This document shows, piece after piece, positions 39,099 through 49,731 of a DNA stretch of 54,567 bases. The translations under genes were made by a program, and so were the position numbers. Position 1 is the stretch's first letter. The number at the start of each line of letters is the position of its first letter. Under the pieces are notes generated by a model that ran no database searches, was not told where the DNA came from, and saw only the letters and a program-made list of their open reading frames with translations. Origin of the DNA: Pseudomonadota bacterium (GTDB taxonomy: Bacteria > Pseudomonadota > Gammaproteobacteria > Burkholderiales > SG8-39). Location: positions 1 to 54,567 of the forward strand of contig JANMXB010000042.1 of assembly GCA_031380765.1 (NCBI GenBank), given 5' to 3'.

Positions 39099-39464
39099 AT
39101 GCCGATCAAGAAAATTCTTGTAGTAGACGATTCCCCGACCGAGCGCCAGTTCATGCTGGAAGCGCTGTCCAAGCTGGGCTACCAGGTCGTATTGGCCGAG
39201 AGCGGAGAAGAAGGTGTCGCAAAAGCCCGTTCCGAGCTGCCCGAGCTCGTGCTTATGGATGTCGTGATGCCCGGCTCGAACGGTTTTCAGGCCACGCGCC
39301 AGATCGCCAAAGACGAGGCAACCAAGCACATTCCGGTCATCATCTGCACGACGAAGTCGCAGGAAACCGACCGCATCTGGGGCATGCGGCAGGGCGCGCG
39401 GGACTACATCGTCAAACCGGTGGACGTCAACGAACTCGCGGCGAAGATCGCCGCCCTCGGCTGA
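39099..39464 (+). CDS. pilH: Twitching-motility response regulator PilH (CheY-like)
   Basis: This 121-aa REC domain has ILVVDDSPTE, LMDVVMPG and IVKPV. Confidence 0.85.
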   Translation: MPIKKILVVDDSPTERQFMLEALSKLGYQVVLAESGEEGVAKARSELPELVLMDVVMPGSNGFQATRQIAKDEATKHIPVIICTTKSQETDRIWGMRQGARDYIVKPVDVNELAAKIAALG

Positions 39465-39468
39465 CCTG

Positions 39469-39981
39469 ATGTCGAGGCGGGTAAGCCTTAAAGAATTCCA
39501 GGAAGGCCTCGCGAGCCGGCTCAAGGCGGCGGCGAGCGAAGCGGCCCCTTCCGCGCGGCTTGGATTCGAGTCCGGCGGTGCGTACTGGCTTGCCAGGCTC
39601 GACAGCTCCGGAGAAGTGCTGCAGGCACCCGAAATCCAGCGCGTCCCGCTCACGCGCGACTGGTTCATCGGCGTGGCGAATATCCGCGGAGCCCTGTACG
39701 GCGTGACTGATTTCAGCGCCTTTCTAGGCCAGCCGCTGACGGTGCGCGGACCGGAAAACCGCCTGCTTCTCATCGGACAGCCGCACGGTGTGAATTGCGC
39801 CTTGCTCGTGGGACGCCTTGCAGGACTGCGCAGCGTCGTCGAATACGCGCCCGAACCGGCCCCGGACCACCGGGCCTGGTCGGCGGCCGCCTGGCGTGAC
39901 CAGGATGGAAAACTCTGGCGTGAGCTCGATACGCAGCAGCTTCTCGCACAGCCCGAATTTCTGGAAATCGCGGCCCACTAA
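39469..39981 (+). CDS. pilI: CheW-like coupling protein PilI
   Basis: This 170-aa CheW domain ([16 protein letters not shown]) sits between pilH and pilJ. Confidence 0.8.
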   Translation: MSRRVSLKEFQEGLASRLKAAASEAAPSARLGFESGGAYWLARLDSSGEVLQAPEIQRVPLTRDWFIGVANIRGALYGVTDFSAFLGQPLTVRGPENRLLLIGQPHGVNCALLVGRLAGLRSVVEYAPEPAPDHRAWSAAAWRDQDGKLWRELDTQQLLAQPEFLEIAAH

Positions 39982-40009
39982 TCCGCAAAGCAGCATCATC
40001 GGAGGATTC

Positions 40010-42121
40010 ATGGCATTCAAACTGCCTTTCAAGCTCGGACCCCGGCGGCCGGCCCCCGCATCGCCGGAGCTCAAACCGGTCGCAAGCGCCGCCGCCGTTT
40101 CGCCTCTGGGGGGCAAGAACCTGCGCCTGATACTGGTCCCGTTGCTGCTGGTTCTGCTGGTGCTGGCCGGGGTGCTCGTCTTCTTCAATGCACGCGAGTC
40201 GAAATACGGGGCACTCTACATTGCCGACGCAGGGCAGTTGCGCATGCTCTCGCAGCGCCTGGCAAAGGCTGCGCAGCAAAGCCTTCTTGGCAATCCGGAA
40301 GCCTTCAAGCAGGTTGCCGCCAGCCGCGATGCGTTCAGTGCCATTCTCGAGCGCCTGGTAAAGGGCGGCGAGGTGGCTGGCGTGACCGTGCCGGCCTCGC
40401 CGGACCGGATTCAGCCCGCGCTCGAAGCGCTCGCGAAGGAATGGCAGAAGACAGAGCAAAACGCCTCCACGCTCCTCAAGGAGCAGAAGAATCTCGTCGG
40501 GCTCGGCGCAGCTGTCGCCCAGGTCAACGGATCGAATCCGCAGCTGCTCGATCTGGCCGAAAGGGTGCAGGCGCTGAAGCTCCAGAATGCCGCTTCGACG
40601 CGCGAGATCTCCACTGCCGGACAACTGGTGATGCTCACCCAGCGCCTGGCGAAGAATGCCAACGCGCTGCTCGCCGGCGAGACGATCGACTCGGAAGTCG
40701 CGTTCCTGCTGGGCAAGGACACCAACGAATTCCGCACGTTGCTGGTTGCCTTGCGCGAGGGCAATGCCCAGATGCGTCTCGCGGCCTCGAAGGATCCGGA
40801 AACCGCTGCCCGGCTGGAAGAACTGGCAACGGCTTTCAAGACCTATCAGGACTCGGCTTCCGCGATCCTGGGCAACATGCAGCGCCTTATCGCGGCAAAG
40901 AATGCGGCGGCGGCCATATTTGCCGACTCCGAGAAGCTCCTGCAGGCGACCGAGAGAGTCGCGACGGAATACGACGCAGACTTGGCGGGGAACAAGACGA
41001 TCTATCTGGTACTCCTGCTTGGGCTTCTGGCTGCAGTCGTCGGTGCGCTGATAGCGGTCGCTTTCGTGCGCGACGAGCAGCGCCGGCGCGAAGAAGCTGA
41101 GATGCAGCAGGCCGCGGTCAAGCGGCAGAACGACCAGAACCAAGGCGCGATCCTGCGACTCATGAACGAGATGCAGAACTTCGCCGAAGGCGACCTCACT
41201 GTGCGTGCCACGGTCAGCGAAGACATCACCGGCGCGGTCGCCGATTCGGTCAATTTCGCCATCGAAGAACTGCGCAGCCTGGTGAGCCGCATTACGGCGG
41301 CGGCCGACCAGGTCACGGTGGCATCCGATTCGGCGCAGCAAACGACGGTCCGCATGCTCTCGGACAACGACAAGCAGTCGCAGGAAATCAAGAACACCAG
41401 CGCGCAGGTGCTTGGCATGGCGCGGACCATCAACGACGTCTCGAGCAGCGCCACCCAGTCGGCCGACGTGGCGAAAGCCTCGCTCGCGGCGGCGGAAAAG
41501 GGGCAGCAGGCGGTGCAGAACGCGATCTCGGGCATGAACGACATTCGCGACCAGATCCAGGAGACGGCGAAACGGATCAAGCGGCTGGGAGAGTCATCGC
41601 AGGAGATCGGCGAAATCGTCGAGCTGATTTCCGACATCACCGAGCAGACCAACGTGCTGGCTCTTAACGCCGCAATCCAGGCGGCCTCGGCCGGCGAGGC
41701 GGGGCGCGGCTTCACCGTCGTGGCGGAAGAAGTGCAGCGCCTGGCCGAGCGCTCGGGCGAGGCGACAAAGCAGATCGGCGCCATCGTGAAGACGATTCAG
41801 ACCGATACACAGGATGCCGTGTCGGCCATGGAAAAGAGCACCCAGGGCGTGGTCGAAGGCGCCAAGCTTTCGGACAACGCGGGCCAGGCACTGGCCGAAA
41901 TCGGCGACGTGTCCAGAAAGCTCGCCCGGCTGATCGACTCGATCTCCCAGACCACCCAGACGCAGGCGAAGGCCGCCGGCGCCGTTGCCGTGAGCATGCG
42001 CAACATCCTGGGGATCACCGAGCAGGCCACCGAGGGCACCAAGCGCACTGCGCAATCGGTCGGCCAGCTCGCGACGCTTGCGCGCGACCTGAAGAGTTCG
42101 GTGGCGAATTTCAAGCTCTGA
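40010..42121 (+). CDS. pilJ: Methyl-accepting chemotaxis protein PilJ
   Basis: GGAGG lies upstream of the ATG at 40010. It has one N-terminal TM segment, a PilJ-type periplasmic domain ([24 protein letters not shown]), HAMP, and the MCP hairpin [38 protein letters not shown]. Confidence 0.9.
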   Translation: MAFKLPFKLGPRRPAPASPELKPVASAAAVSPLGGKNLRLILVPLLLVLLVLAGVLVFFNARESKYGALYIADAGQLRMLSQRLAKAAQQSLLGNPEAFKQVAASRDAFSAILERLVKGGEVAGVTVPASPDRIQPALEALAKEWQKTEQNASTLLKEQKNLVGLGAAVAQVNGSNPQLLDLAERVQALKLQNAASTREISTAGQLVMLTQRLAKNANALLAGETIDSEVAFLLGKDTNEFRTLLVALREGNAQMRLAASKDPETAARLEELATAFKTYQDSASAILGNMQRLIAAKNAAAAIFADSEKLLQATERVATEYDADLAGNKTIYLVLLLGLLAAVVGALIAVAFVRDEQRRREEAEMQQAAVKRQNDQNQGAILRLMNEMQNFAEGDLTVRATVSEDITGAVADSVNFAIEELRSLVSRITAAADQVTVASDSAQQTTVRMLSDNDKQSQEIKNTSAQVLGMARTINDVSSSATQSADVAKASLAAAEKGQQAVQNAISGMNDIRDQIQETAKRIKRLGESSQEIGEIVELISDITEQTNVLALNAAIQAASAGEAGRGFTVVAEEVQRLAERSGEATKQIGAIVKTIQTDTQDAVSAMEKSTQGVVEGAKLSDNAGQALAEIGDVSRKLARLIDSISQTTQTQAKAAGAVAVSMRNILGITEQATEGTKRTAQSVGQLATLARDLKSSVANFKL

Positions 42122-42161
42122 TCCACAATGCGCGTGACCGTCCAACCTTTGGCCAGGGACT

Positions 42162-45100
42162 AGCGTCATCGACATCGGGCCGCTCAGCTGGGTAAAGAGC
42201 GAGATCGACTCGTCGCTCGAACGCGCCCGCGGGAGCCTGCGCGCTTTCGCGGCAGACCCCGCAGAGCGCAAGGCGATCAAGGCGGCGCAGACGCACCTGC
42301 ACCAGGCCTATGGTGCCGTGCAGATCGTCGGGCTGCACGGGGTTTCGCGGTTTTTCGAGGAGACCGAGCGCCTGGTCGCCGAGCTCGAATCGGGCAAGGT
42401 CGACGCGAATCCCGGAATCTTCGACGCACTCGACCGCGCCACGCAGGCGATCGGCAAATATCTTTCCGAGTTGCTCGACGGCATGCCCGACCAGCCGCTG
42501 CGGCTTTATCCGCTGCACAAAGAGCTGGCGACTTTGCGCGGAATCAGCGACGTGTCCGAAGCGGACCTCTATTTCCCCGACCTGAGCCTCCAGCCGCCAC
42601 CGCGGGAGGAGCATCCGGTGCGGCTGTCGGCAGCCGATACGGATACCTATCTGCGCGGCCAGCGCACCCGCTTCCAGCGCGGGTTCCTCAAGTGGCTCAA
42701 GGAGCCGGAGGACAAAGCCAGCATTGTCGACATGCTTGCGGCGGTCGATGGCATCGAGTCCATCCAGCTGGTGCCGGCGCAGCGCGCGTTCTGGTGGGCC
42801 GCCGGTGCGTTTTACCAGGCGCTGGCGGAGGACGGACTGGCTGCAGAGCCGGGGGTGAAGCAGCTCGGCTCAAAGATCGAGCAGCAAATGCGCCGGATGA
42901 TCGAAGGCTCGCCCGCGGTTCCCGAGCGCCTGATGCGCGAACTGCTTTACTGGATCGCGAAGGCGACGGCGGGCGACCGGGGCCCAGGTGAAAGGATACG
43001 CGACGCCCAGCAGGCTTTCAGGCTGGAGGGCAGCCTGCCTTCGGCCGAGCGCGAGACCGACCAGTCGCAGCGCATGCCGAAGGCAATCGCACTGGGCGAG
43101 GAAATCGGCAGCGCCAAGGATGCATGGAACAGGTTTGCTTCGGGTTCCGAGGCGTCGCTCGCAGTCTTCGCCCGGCACGCCGATGCCATCAAGGAACAGG
43201 CGGGGGCGCTGGGCAGCCCCGAACTGGACGAACTGGCGCGCGAACTCGCGGTGATCGCCGCTTACCTGGTGACCAATCCGGCCAAGATGAGCGAGTCCGT
43301 CGGGATGGAGGTCGCGACCGCGCTGCTGGTGGTCGAAAACGCGGTGGACAACTACGCGAGCCTGACGCCGGAATTCAACGCCCAGGCGCGCGTAATGCTT
43401 GCGCGATTGCGCGCTGCTGCATTCGGAAAACACGACCCGGACGTCACTCTGAGCTTGCCGCTCATCGACGCCATGACGCGGCGCGCCCAGGAGAAGCTCG
43501 CGATCGACAGCACGGTCGCGGAAATGCAGGCGAGCCTGAACCGGATCGAACAGGCGCTCGATGCGTACTTCCGCGATCCTTCGAAAGTCACGGAGCTTGC
43601 CGCGCTCGAGCCCGCGCTCCACCAGGTGGCCGGGGCCTTCGCGATGCTCGGTGAAGAGGAAGCACGCGACGCGCTCGGCCGCTGCGAAGAAAAAATCCGC
43701 GCTTTCGCGCAGGCGACCAGCCGCCCTGAGCAGCGGGACTTCGAGGAGGTTGCGCAGATCCTTTCGGGGCTGGGATTTTACCTCGACGCGTTGCGCCTCG
43801 GGAAGGCCGATTTCGCCGTCGCAATGCAGCCAGTGCTCGCCGCCGCACCGTCGCCGCCGCCTGCCGTCATCGCCGGGCCCGAGGCCCTGGAGGAGCCGGT
43901 CCTCGACGTTACTCCGCCCATCGAGGCGCCCTCAGCCGATGCCGAGCGGCTGAAAAGCGAGAGCGACGAGACGATCGACAAGGAACTGCTCGCGATCTTT
44001 CTCGAGGAAGCCGTCGGCGTGCTGGAGACCATCGCGCGCAGTCTAGAAACCAGCCGCGCGCAACCTTCCAACCTCGCGGAGCTCACGCAGATCAGGCGGG
44101 GATATCACACCCTGAAGGGCAGCGGCCGCATGGTCGGCCTCGTGCGCCTGGGCGAAGCGGCGTGGGCGGTCGAGCAAGTGATGAATCTCTGGCAGCAGGA
44201 AGAGCGCGCGGCGAACGCGAGCCTGTTCGAGTTGATCGAATTCTCGCACCGCGCATTCTCGCAGTGGATCACCCGTCTGCAGAGCGGCGAGCCGCAGCCC
44301 GATCCGCAACCGATCGTGGACAGGGCCGAGGCGGTTCGTCACAGCGAGGCGCCGCAGCGCGAATCGGCGCCACCGGCAGTCGCGCCGCATCCGCCGCCAT
44401 CGCCTGCCGCTCCGGCGAAAGACGCGGCAGCCGAGGGCACCGTGCGGATCGGAGCGCTTTCCATATCGGCGTCGCTCTTCGCGGTATTTGCCAACGAAGC
44501 CCGCCAGCACCTCGAAACCCTGGAGCGGGAACTCGCGCAGGCCGCAGCCGGCCGCACCGTCGGTGTGCGCGAGGAATTGGTGCGCGCCGCACACACGCTG
44601 GCCGGCATCTGCGGCACGGTGCAGGTGCAGGCGATGCATGACCTGGGTGCTGCGTTCGAGGGTGCGCTGCTGCGGCTCAAGAACCGTGCCTCGGGAATCG
44701 CTCCGGATGAACTCGCACTAGCCCATGACTGCGTTCAGGCGCTGAAGATGATGTACGAAGGCGTGCTCGAACGCGCGCTGCCCGGGGCGGCGACCAAGCT
44801 GATTGCGCGTCTTGGCGCTATCACGGGGGAAGCCGCCAGGCTGGCCGCGCCGGACGCCGAAGAGGCTTTGGTTGCGCCACTTGAAACGCCGGTACAAGGC
44901 GCCGACGAAGAAGGCGCGGAAGAACCGCCGGAAGACCGCAGGCAACGGCGGCTCGAGGACGAAATCGACCAGCAACTGCTGCCCGTATTCCTCGAGGAAG
45001 CCGGCGAGCTGGTTCCGCGTGTCGGCGAGTTGTTGCGCGCCTGGCGCGCGGATCCCGCCAATTTCGATCCGGCGCGCGCTCTGCAGCGTGGGCTGCATAC

Positions 45101-47171
45101 GCTCAAGGGGAGCGCAAGGATGGCGGGTGTGATGGGCCTGGGCGAGCTAACCCACAACATGGAGACGCGCGTCGAGAACGCGATCGCGCTCAAACTCACG
45201 CCGGGACAGTTCTTCGACGAATTGGAGACTTCCTACGATCGCATGGGCCTGCTGCTCGAAAGGGTGCCGCATCCGGAGGCGTCGCAGGAAGACGCCGTGC
45301 CGGCAGTCGCCGCGGCCGCCGAGAGGCCCGAGCCCGCACTGCCGCGCGACGAGGCAAAAGTCCACGCGATGATGCGCGTGCGCGCCGATGCGCTTGAAAA
45401 GCTCGTCAACGAGGCGGGCGAAATCGCGATCACGCGCACGCGCGTGGAGACCGAAATGCACGCGCTGAAGTCCGCGCTGGTCGAGCTGACCGAAAACGTC
45501 GCGCGACTGCGCCGCGAACTGCGCGAGATCGAGATCGCGGCCGAATCGCAACTTGCCTCCCGCATGCAGGCGACGCAGGAAAAGGACCGCCAGTTCGATC
45601 CGCTCGAGTTCGACCGTTTCACGCGATTCCAGGAACTCACGCGCATGATGGCCGAGAGCGTCAACGACGTCTCAACCGTGCAGCAGACGCTGAACAAGGT
45701 CGCCGACGACACCGATTCCGCGCTCGCCGCGCAGGCGCGCCTGAACCGCGAGCTGCAGCAGGACCTTATGCGCATCCGCATGGTTCCGATCGGCTCGGTC
45801 GTCGAGCGCCTGCACCGCGTGGTCCGCCAGACCTCCAAGGAAGTGGGCAAGCGCGCGAACCTGGATATTCGCGGCGTCAACGTCGAGCTGGACCGCTCGG
45901 CGCTGGAGCGGATCACGGGGCCGCTCGAGCACCTGCTGCGCAACGCCATCACGCATGGCCTCGAGAAACCCGAAGCGCGCGTCGCAAAGGGCAAGCCCGC
46001 AATGGGCGAGATCTCGCTCGAAGTGCGTCAGGAGGGCAACGAGGTGACCCTGGTCTTGGCCGACGACGGTGCGGGACTGGACCTCGAGCGCATCCGCGCC
46101 AAAGCTGTCGTCCATGGCCTGCTGGCGGCGGGCGAGATGCGATCGGACCAGCAACTCGCCGAGCTGGTGTTCGCCCCCGGCTTGTCGACCGCCGAGACGG
46201 TCACCGAGCTCGCCGGACGCGGCGTCGGGCTGGACGTAGTCATGAGCGAGGTGAGCGGCCTGGGCGGGCGTATCGAGCTCGCATTCACGCCAGGCCTTGG
46301 CACGCGCTTCACGCTGCGCCTGCCCCTCACCACTGCCGTCATCCAGGCGGTGCTGGTAAAGGTCGGCAGCCGTACCTATGCGCTGCCTTCGGTGATGGTG
46401 GAACAGGTGCAGCAGATGCGCCAGGATCTCCTCGCCCGCGCAAAAGCGGCGGGCGCCATCGAGTGGGCCGGGCGCCGTTACCCCCTTCACCACCTGCCGA
46501 CCTTGCTGGAACAGACCGCTGCGCCAACGCCTGCCGAGGCGCGCCGCCATACGCCGGTGCTCCTGGTCAGGAGCGGCGTGGAGGCGATCGCGATCGAAGT
46601 CGACGACCTGGTCGGCAATCAGGAGGTGGTGGTAAAGAATATCGGCCCGCAGCTTGCGCGCGTGCCGGGCATTGCGGGGGCCACGGTGCTTGGCACCGGC
46701 GAGATCGTCATGATCCTCAACCCCGTGCCGCTTGCGGCGCGTCCGGCGTCCTCGAAAGAAGTCGTCACGAGCCCGAACGTGCAGGCACCCGCGGTGCCCT
46801 CGCAGCCGAGGATCATGGTCGTCGACGACTCGCTCACCGTGCGCAAGATCACCGGGCGCCTGCTGGCGCGCGGCGGCTATCGCGTGATTACCGCGCGCGA
46901 TGGCGTGGAGGCGCTGGAACTCCTCGCCGAGGCCGTCCCGGATGTGATGCTCGTCGACGTCGAAATGCCGCGCATGGACGGGTTCGACCTGACCCGAAAC
47001 GTACGCGCCGACGCGCGGCTGAAAAATGTCCCGATCATCATGATTACCTCGCGCACCGCCGACAAGCACCGCAAATACGCCATCGGCCTGGGCGTCAACA
47101 TCTTCCTGGGCAAGCCCTATCAGGAAGACGAGCTTCTGCGCCACATCGCAGGCTTCATCGCCGGCGCCTGA
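42162..47171 (+). CDS. chpA: ChpA/PilL hybrid CheA-type histidine kinase (multi-Hpt, HATPase, CheW, C-terminal REC); start codon unresolved
   Basis: Canonical Hpt His codons lie at 44106 (YHTLKGSG), 44592 (AHTLAGIC) and 45096 (LHTLKGSA). It also has the dimerisation region, HLLRNAITHG...GRGVGLDVV, a CheW domain and REC (IMVVDDS...VDVEMPRMDG...GKPY). The frame is open from 42138, and the conserved N-terminus IDIGPLSWVKSEID lies upstream of the first ATG/GTG/TTG (GTG 42318). Confidence 0.85.
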   Translation, partial: SVIDIGPLSWVKSEIDSSLERARGSLRAFAADPAERKAIKAAQTHLHQAYGAVQIVGLHGVSRFFEETERLVAELESGKVDANPGIFDALDRATQAIGKYLSELLDGMPDQPLRLYPLHKELATLRGISDVSEADLYFPDLSLQPPPREEHPVRLSAADTDTYLRGQRTRFQRGFLKWLKEPEDKASIVDMLAAVDGIESIQLVPAQRAFWWAAGAFYQALAEDGLAAEPGVKQLGSKIEQQMRRMIEGSPAVPERLMRELLYWIAKATAGDRGPGERIRDAQQAFRLEGSLPSAERETDQSQRMPKAIALGEEIGSAKDAWNRFASGSEASLAVFARHADAIKEQAGALGSPELDELARELAVIAAYLVTNPAKMSESVGMEVATALLVVENAVDNYASLTPEFNAQARVMLARLRAAAFGKHDPDVTLSLPLIDAMTRRAQEKLAIDSTVAEMQASLNRIEQALDAYFRDPSKVTELAALEPALHQVAGAFAMLGEEEARDALGRCEEKIRAFAQATSRPEQRDFEEVAQILSGLGFYLDALRLGKADFAVAMQPVLAAAPSPPPAVIAGPEALEEPVLDVTPPIEAPSADAERLKSESDETIDKELLAIFLEEAVGVLETIARSLETSRAQPSNLAELTQIRRGYHTLKGSGRMVGLVRLGEAAWAVEQVMNLWQQEERAANASLFELIEFSHRAFSQWITRLQSGEPQPDPQPIVDRAEAVRHSEAPQRESAPPAVAPHPPPSPAAPAKDAAAEGTVRIGALSISASLFAVFANEARQHLETLERELAQAAAGRTVGVREELVRAAHTLAGICGTVQVQAMHDLGAAFEGALLRLKNRASGIAPDELALAHDCVQALKMMYEGVLERALPGAATKLIARLGAITGEAARLAAPDAEEALVAPLETPVQGADEEGAEEPPEDRRQRRLEDEIDQQLLPVFLEEAGELVPRVGELLRAWRADPANFDPARALQRGLHTLKGSARMAGVMGLGELTHNMETRVENAIALKLTPGQFFDELETSYDRMGLLLERVPHPEASQEDAVPAVAAAAERPEPALPRDEAKVHAMMRVRADALEKLVNEAGEIAITRTRVETEMHALKSALVELTENVARLRRELREIEIAAESQLASRMQATQEKDRQFDPLEFDRFTRFQELTRMMAESVNDVSTVQQTLNKVADDTDSALAAQARLNRELQQDLMRIRMVPIGSVVERLHRVVRQTSKEVGKRANLDIRGVNVELDRSALERITGPLEHLLRNAITHGLEKPEARVAKGKPAMGEISLEVRQEGNEVTLVLADDGAGLDLERIRAKAVVHGLLAAGEMRSDQQLAELVFAPGLSTAETVTELAGRGVGLDVVMSEVSGLGGRIELAFTPGLGTRFTLRLPLTTAVIQAVLVKVGSRTYALPSVMVEQVQQMRQDLLARAKAAGAIEWAGRRYPLHHLPTLLEQTAAPTPAEARRHTPVLLVRSGVEAIAIEVDDLVGNQEVVVKNIGPQLARVPGIAGATVLGTGEIVMILNPVPLAARPASSKEVVTSPNVQAPAVPSQPRIMVVDDSLTVRKITGRLLARGGYRVITARDGVEALELLAEAVPDVMLVDVEMPRMDGFDLTRNVRADARLKNVPIIMITSRTADKHRKYAIGLGVNIFLGKPYQEDELLRHIAGFIAGA

Positions 47172-47265
47172 TTTCCCGCAGCGCCGGCGCTTGAGCGCGG
47201 TTGCCTGGAGGCTGGCCGCCAGCCGGCCGGAGCAGGTAAAATAGCGCCCGCATGAACCCGATCAC

Positions 47266-47829
47266 ATGTCCTCGATCAACCTGACCCATCATTTCCTGAT
47301 CGCCATGCCCGCCATGGCAGATCCGTATTTCACGAGGACCCTGACCTACATCTGCGAGCACAACGACCAGGGCGCCCTGGGCGTGGTGGTGAACCGCCCC
47401 ATCGACATGACCCTGCGCTCGCTGTTCGAGCGCCTGTCCTTGCCGATCGGCGACAACGGCATCGGCGACGCGCCGATCTACTTCGGCGGGCCGGTGCAGA
47501 CCGACCGGGGCTTCGTTTTGCACGAGCCCACCGGCAGTTGGCAGGCCACTCTCAAGGTGCGTGACGCGGTTGGCCTCACCACCTCGAAAGACATCCTCGA
47601 GGCCGTGGGCCGGGGCGAAGGCCCCAAGCGCCTGCTCGTAACGCTCGGCTACGCCGGCTGGTCGGCCGGCCAGCTCGAGCACGAACTCGGTCAGAACGCC
47701 TGGCTTTCGGTCGAGGCTGAAGGCGACAAGATCCTTTTCGACACCCCTGCCGACGAGCGCCTGCCAGCGGCGCTCAGCCTGCTGGGCATCGATCTTGCGA
47801 GCCTCTCGGAAGATGCGGGTCATGCCTGA
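47266..47829 (+). CDS. yqgE: YqgE/AlgH family protein
   Basis: [38 protein letters not shown] is present (187 aa). Confidence 0.9.
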   Translation: MSSINLTHHFLIAMPAMADPYFTRTLTYICEHNDQGALGVVVNRPIDMTLRSLFERLSLPIGDNGIGDAPIYFGGPVQTDRGFVLHEPTGSWQATLKVRDAVGLTTSKDILEAVGRGEGPKRLLVTLGYAGWSAGQLEHELGQNAWLSVEAEGDKILFDTPADERLPAALSLLGIDLASLSEDAGHA

Positions 47830-48262
47830 GGCGGTAATGGCGGCCGCGGGCACGGTACTCGCATTCGATTTCGGCACCATACGCATCGGCGTCGCAGTAG
47901 GCGAATCCCTTATCGGACTGGCCCATCCGCTGGCGGACATCGCCGCCGGGCAAACAGAACCGCGCTTTGCCGCGATTGCAAAGCTCATCGATGAGTGGAA
48001 GCCACAGCATCTCGTTGTCGGACTGCCCTTGGCGACCGACGGCGCGCCGCATGAATCGACCCGCCGCGCGCGGCGTTTCGCGCGCCAGCTCGAAGGCCGC
48101 TTCGGCCTTCCTGTCACCCTAGTCGACGAGCGCTACACGTCGGTGGAGGCGGAGGCGGGCCTGCGCGAAGCCGGCGCCCGCAAAGCCATTCGCGCAAAGC
48201 GCTTCGATTCGGCTGCCGCCCAGCTCATCTTGCAGCAATACTTTCACGAACATGCTGCCTGA
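47822..48262 (+). CDS. ruvX: Holliday junction resolvase-like protein RuvX (YqgF)
   Basis: [17 protein letters not shown] and [12 protein letters not shown] are present. The ATG at 47822 overlaps the end of yqgE. Confidence 0.9.
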   Translation: MPEAVMAAAGTVLAFDFGTIRIGVAVGESLIGLAHPLADIAAGQTEPRFAAIAKLIDEWKPQHLVVGLPLATDGAPHESTRRARRFARQLEGRFGLPVTLVDERYTSVEAEAGLREAGARKAIRAKRFDSAAAQLILQQYFHEHAA

Positions 48263-48743
48263 CGCCGAAGCCCTCTGCGCGAAGCTCGTCGCCGAACTCA
48301 AGCCGCTGGTGAAACCGACCACTGCGATGATCGGCCTGTACACGGGCGGGGCGTGGCTGGCCGAAAAGCTGTTTGCGCAGCTGGGACTGTCGACGCCGCT
48401 GGGCCTCATGGATATCGCTTTCTACCGCGACGATTACCACAAGCAGGGCCTGCACCACGATCCCAAGCGCACTCGCATCGGCTTCGAGGTCGAAGGTCGC
48501 GACCTGCTGCTCGTGGACGACATCCTCTACACCGGGCGCACCGTGCGCGCCGCGATGAACGAATTGTTCGATTACGGGCGTCCCGCGAGCATTTCCCTGG
48601 TGGTACTGGCCGACCGTGGCGGGAGGCAGCTGCCGATCTGCGCGCAGTTCTGCGGCACCCGGGTCGACGTGCCCGAAGGCCGGCGCCTGCGCATGAAACG
48701 CGAGGACGACGGCCGCCTCAAGCTGGAGATCGAGGATGCCTAA
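48252..48743 (+). CDS. pyrR: PyrR (pyrimidine operon regulator / uracil phosphoribosyltransferase family)
   Basis: It has the PRPP-binding loop [17 protein letters not shown] (163 aa) and lies immediately upstream of pyrB. Confidence 0.85.
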   Translation: MLPDAEALCAKLVAELKPLVKPTTAMIGLYTGGAWLAEKLFAQLGLSTPLGLMDIAFYRDDYHKQGLHHDPKRTRIGFEVEGRDLLLVDDILYTGRTVRAAMNELFDYGRPASISLVVLADRGGRQLPICAQFCGTRVDVPEGRRLRMKREDDGRLKLEIEDA

Positions 48744-49683
48744 CCCGCAGCTCAATGCCGCGGGCGAGTTGCAGCACCTACTGTCCATCGAGGGGCTGCC
48801 GCGCGCGGTACTCACCCAGATTCTCGACACCGCCGACTCCTTCGTCGGCGTGACCGAGCGCGAAGTCAAGAAAGTGCCGATCCTGCGCGGAAAAAGCGTA
48901 TTCAACCTGTTCTTCGAGGCGTCCACGCGCACGCGAACGACGTTCGAGATCGCGGCCAAGCGCCTTTCGGCCGACGTGATCAATCTCAACATTGCGGCCT
49001 CCTCGCAAACCAAGGGCGAGTCGCTCCTGGACACGGTCGCCAACCTTTCGGCGATGCAGGCCGACATCTTCATCGTGCGCCACGTCGCCTCCGGCGCGCC
49101 TTACCTGATCGCGCGCAACGTGAAACCGCACGAGCACGTCGTCAATGCGGGCGACGGCAGGCACGCCCACCCGACCCAGGGGCTGCTCGATCTCTACACG
49201 ATCCGCCACTACAAGAAGGATTTCACCCGGCTGACCGTGGCGATCGTCGGCGACATCCTGCATTCGCGCGTCGCCCGCTCGCTGATCCATGGCCTGACGA
49301 CCCTGGGCGCGCCCGAAGTGCGGGTGATCGGGCCACAGACGCTGATTCCCACCGGCGTCGAAAGTCTCGGCGTAAAAGTTTTTCACGACATGAAGAAAGG
49401 CCTCGCCGGTGCCGATGTGGTCGTGATGCTGCGGCTGCAGAACGAGCGCATGCGGGGAGCGCTGCTGCCCAGCGCGCAGGAATTCAACAAGCATTACGGT
49501 CTCAGCGCGGAGAAACTCGCCTTGGCCAGACCCGATGCAATCGTGATGCATCCGGGTCCGATGAACCGCGGCGTCGAGATCGATTCGTCGGTGGCCGACG
49601 GTCCGCACTCGGTGATCCTGCCCCAGGTGACGTTCGGAATCGCAGTACGCATGGCGGTAATGAGCATCATCGCGGGTAATTAG
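48736..49683 (+). CDS. pyrB: Aspartate carbamoyltransferase catalytic subunit
   Basis: [21 protein letters not shown] and HPGPMNRG are present. Confidence 0.95.
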   Translation: MPNPQLNAAGELQHLLSIEGLPRAVLTQILDTADSFVGVTEREVKKVPILRGKSVFNLFFEASTRTRTTFEIAAKRLSADVINLNIAASSQTKGESLLDTVANLSAMQADIFIVRHVASGAPYLIARNVKPHEHVVNAGDGRHAHPTQGLLDLYTIRHYKKDFTRLTVAIVGDILHSRVARSLIHGLTTLGAPEVRVIGPQTLIPTGVESLGVKVFHDMKKGLAGADVVVMLRLQNERMRGALLPSAQEFNKHYGLSAEKLALARPDAIVMHPGPMNRGVEIDSSVADGPHSVILPQVTFGIAVRMAVMSIIAGN

Positions 49684-49731
49684 GAGCAGGGGAATGCTCA
49701 CGTCGCCTCCCCCTGCACTCACAGGTACGGT

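Noticed and set aside
39770-41341. 523-aa minus-strand ORF (likewise 45672..47144, 22018..23463, 5519..6739, 8777..9769, 11250..12197, 31663..32871, 37382..38620, 35434..36618)
   Set aside because: All are antisense to genes with clear family signatures (pilJ, chpA, accC, maiA/FAH, SBP, livG-like, aroE, thiD, hemL). They have Arg/Gly/His-rich low-information composition.
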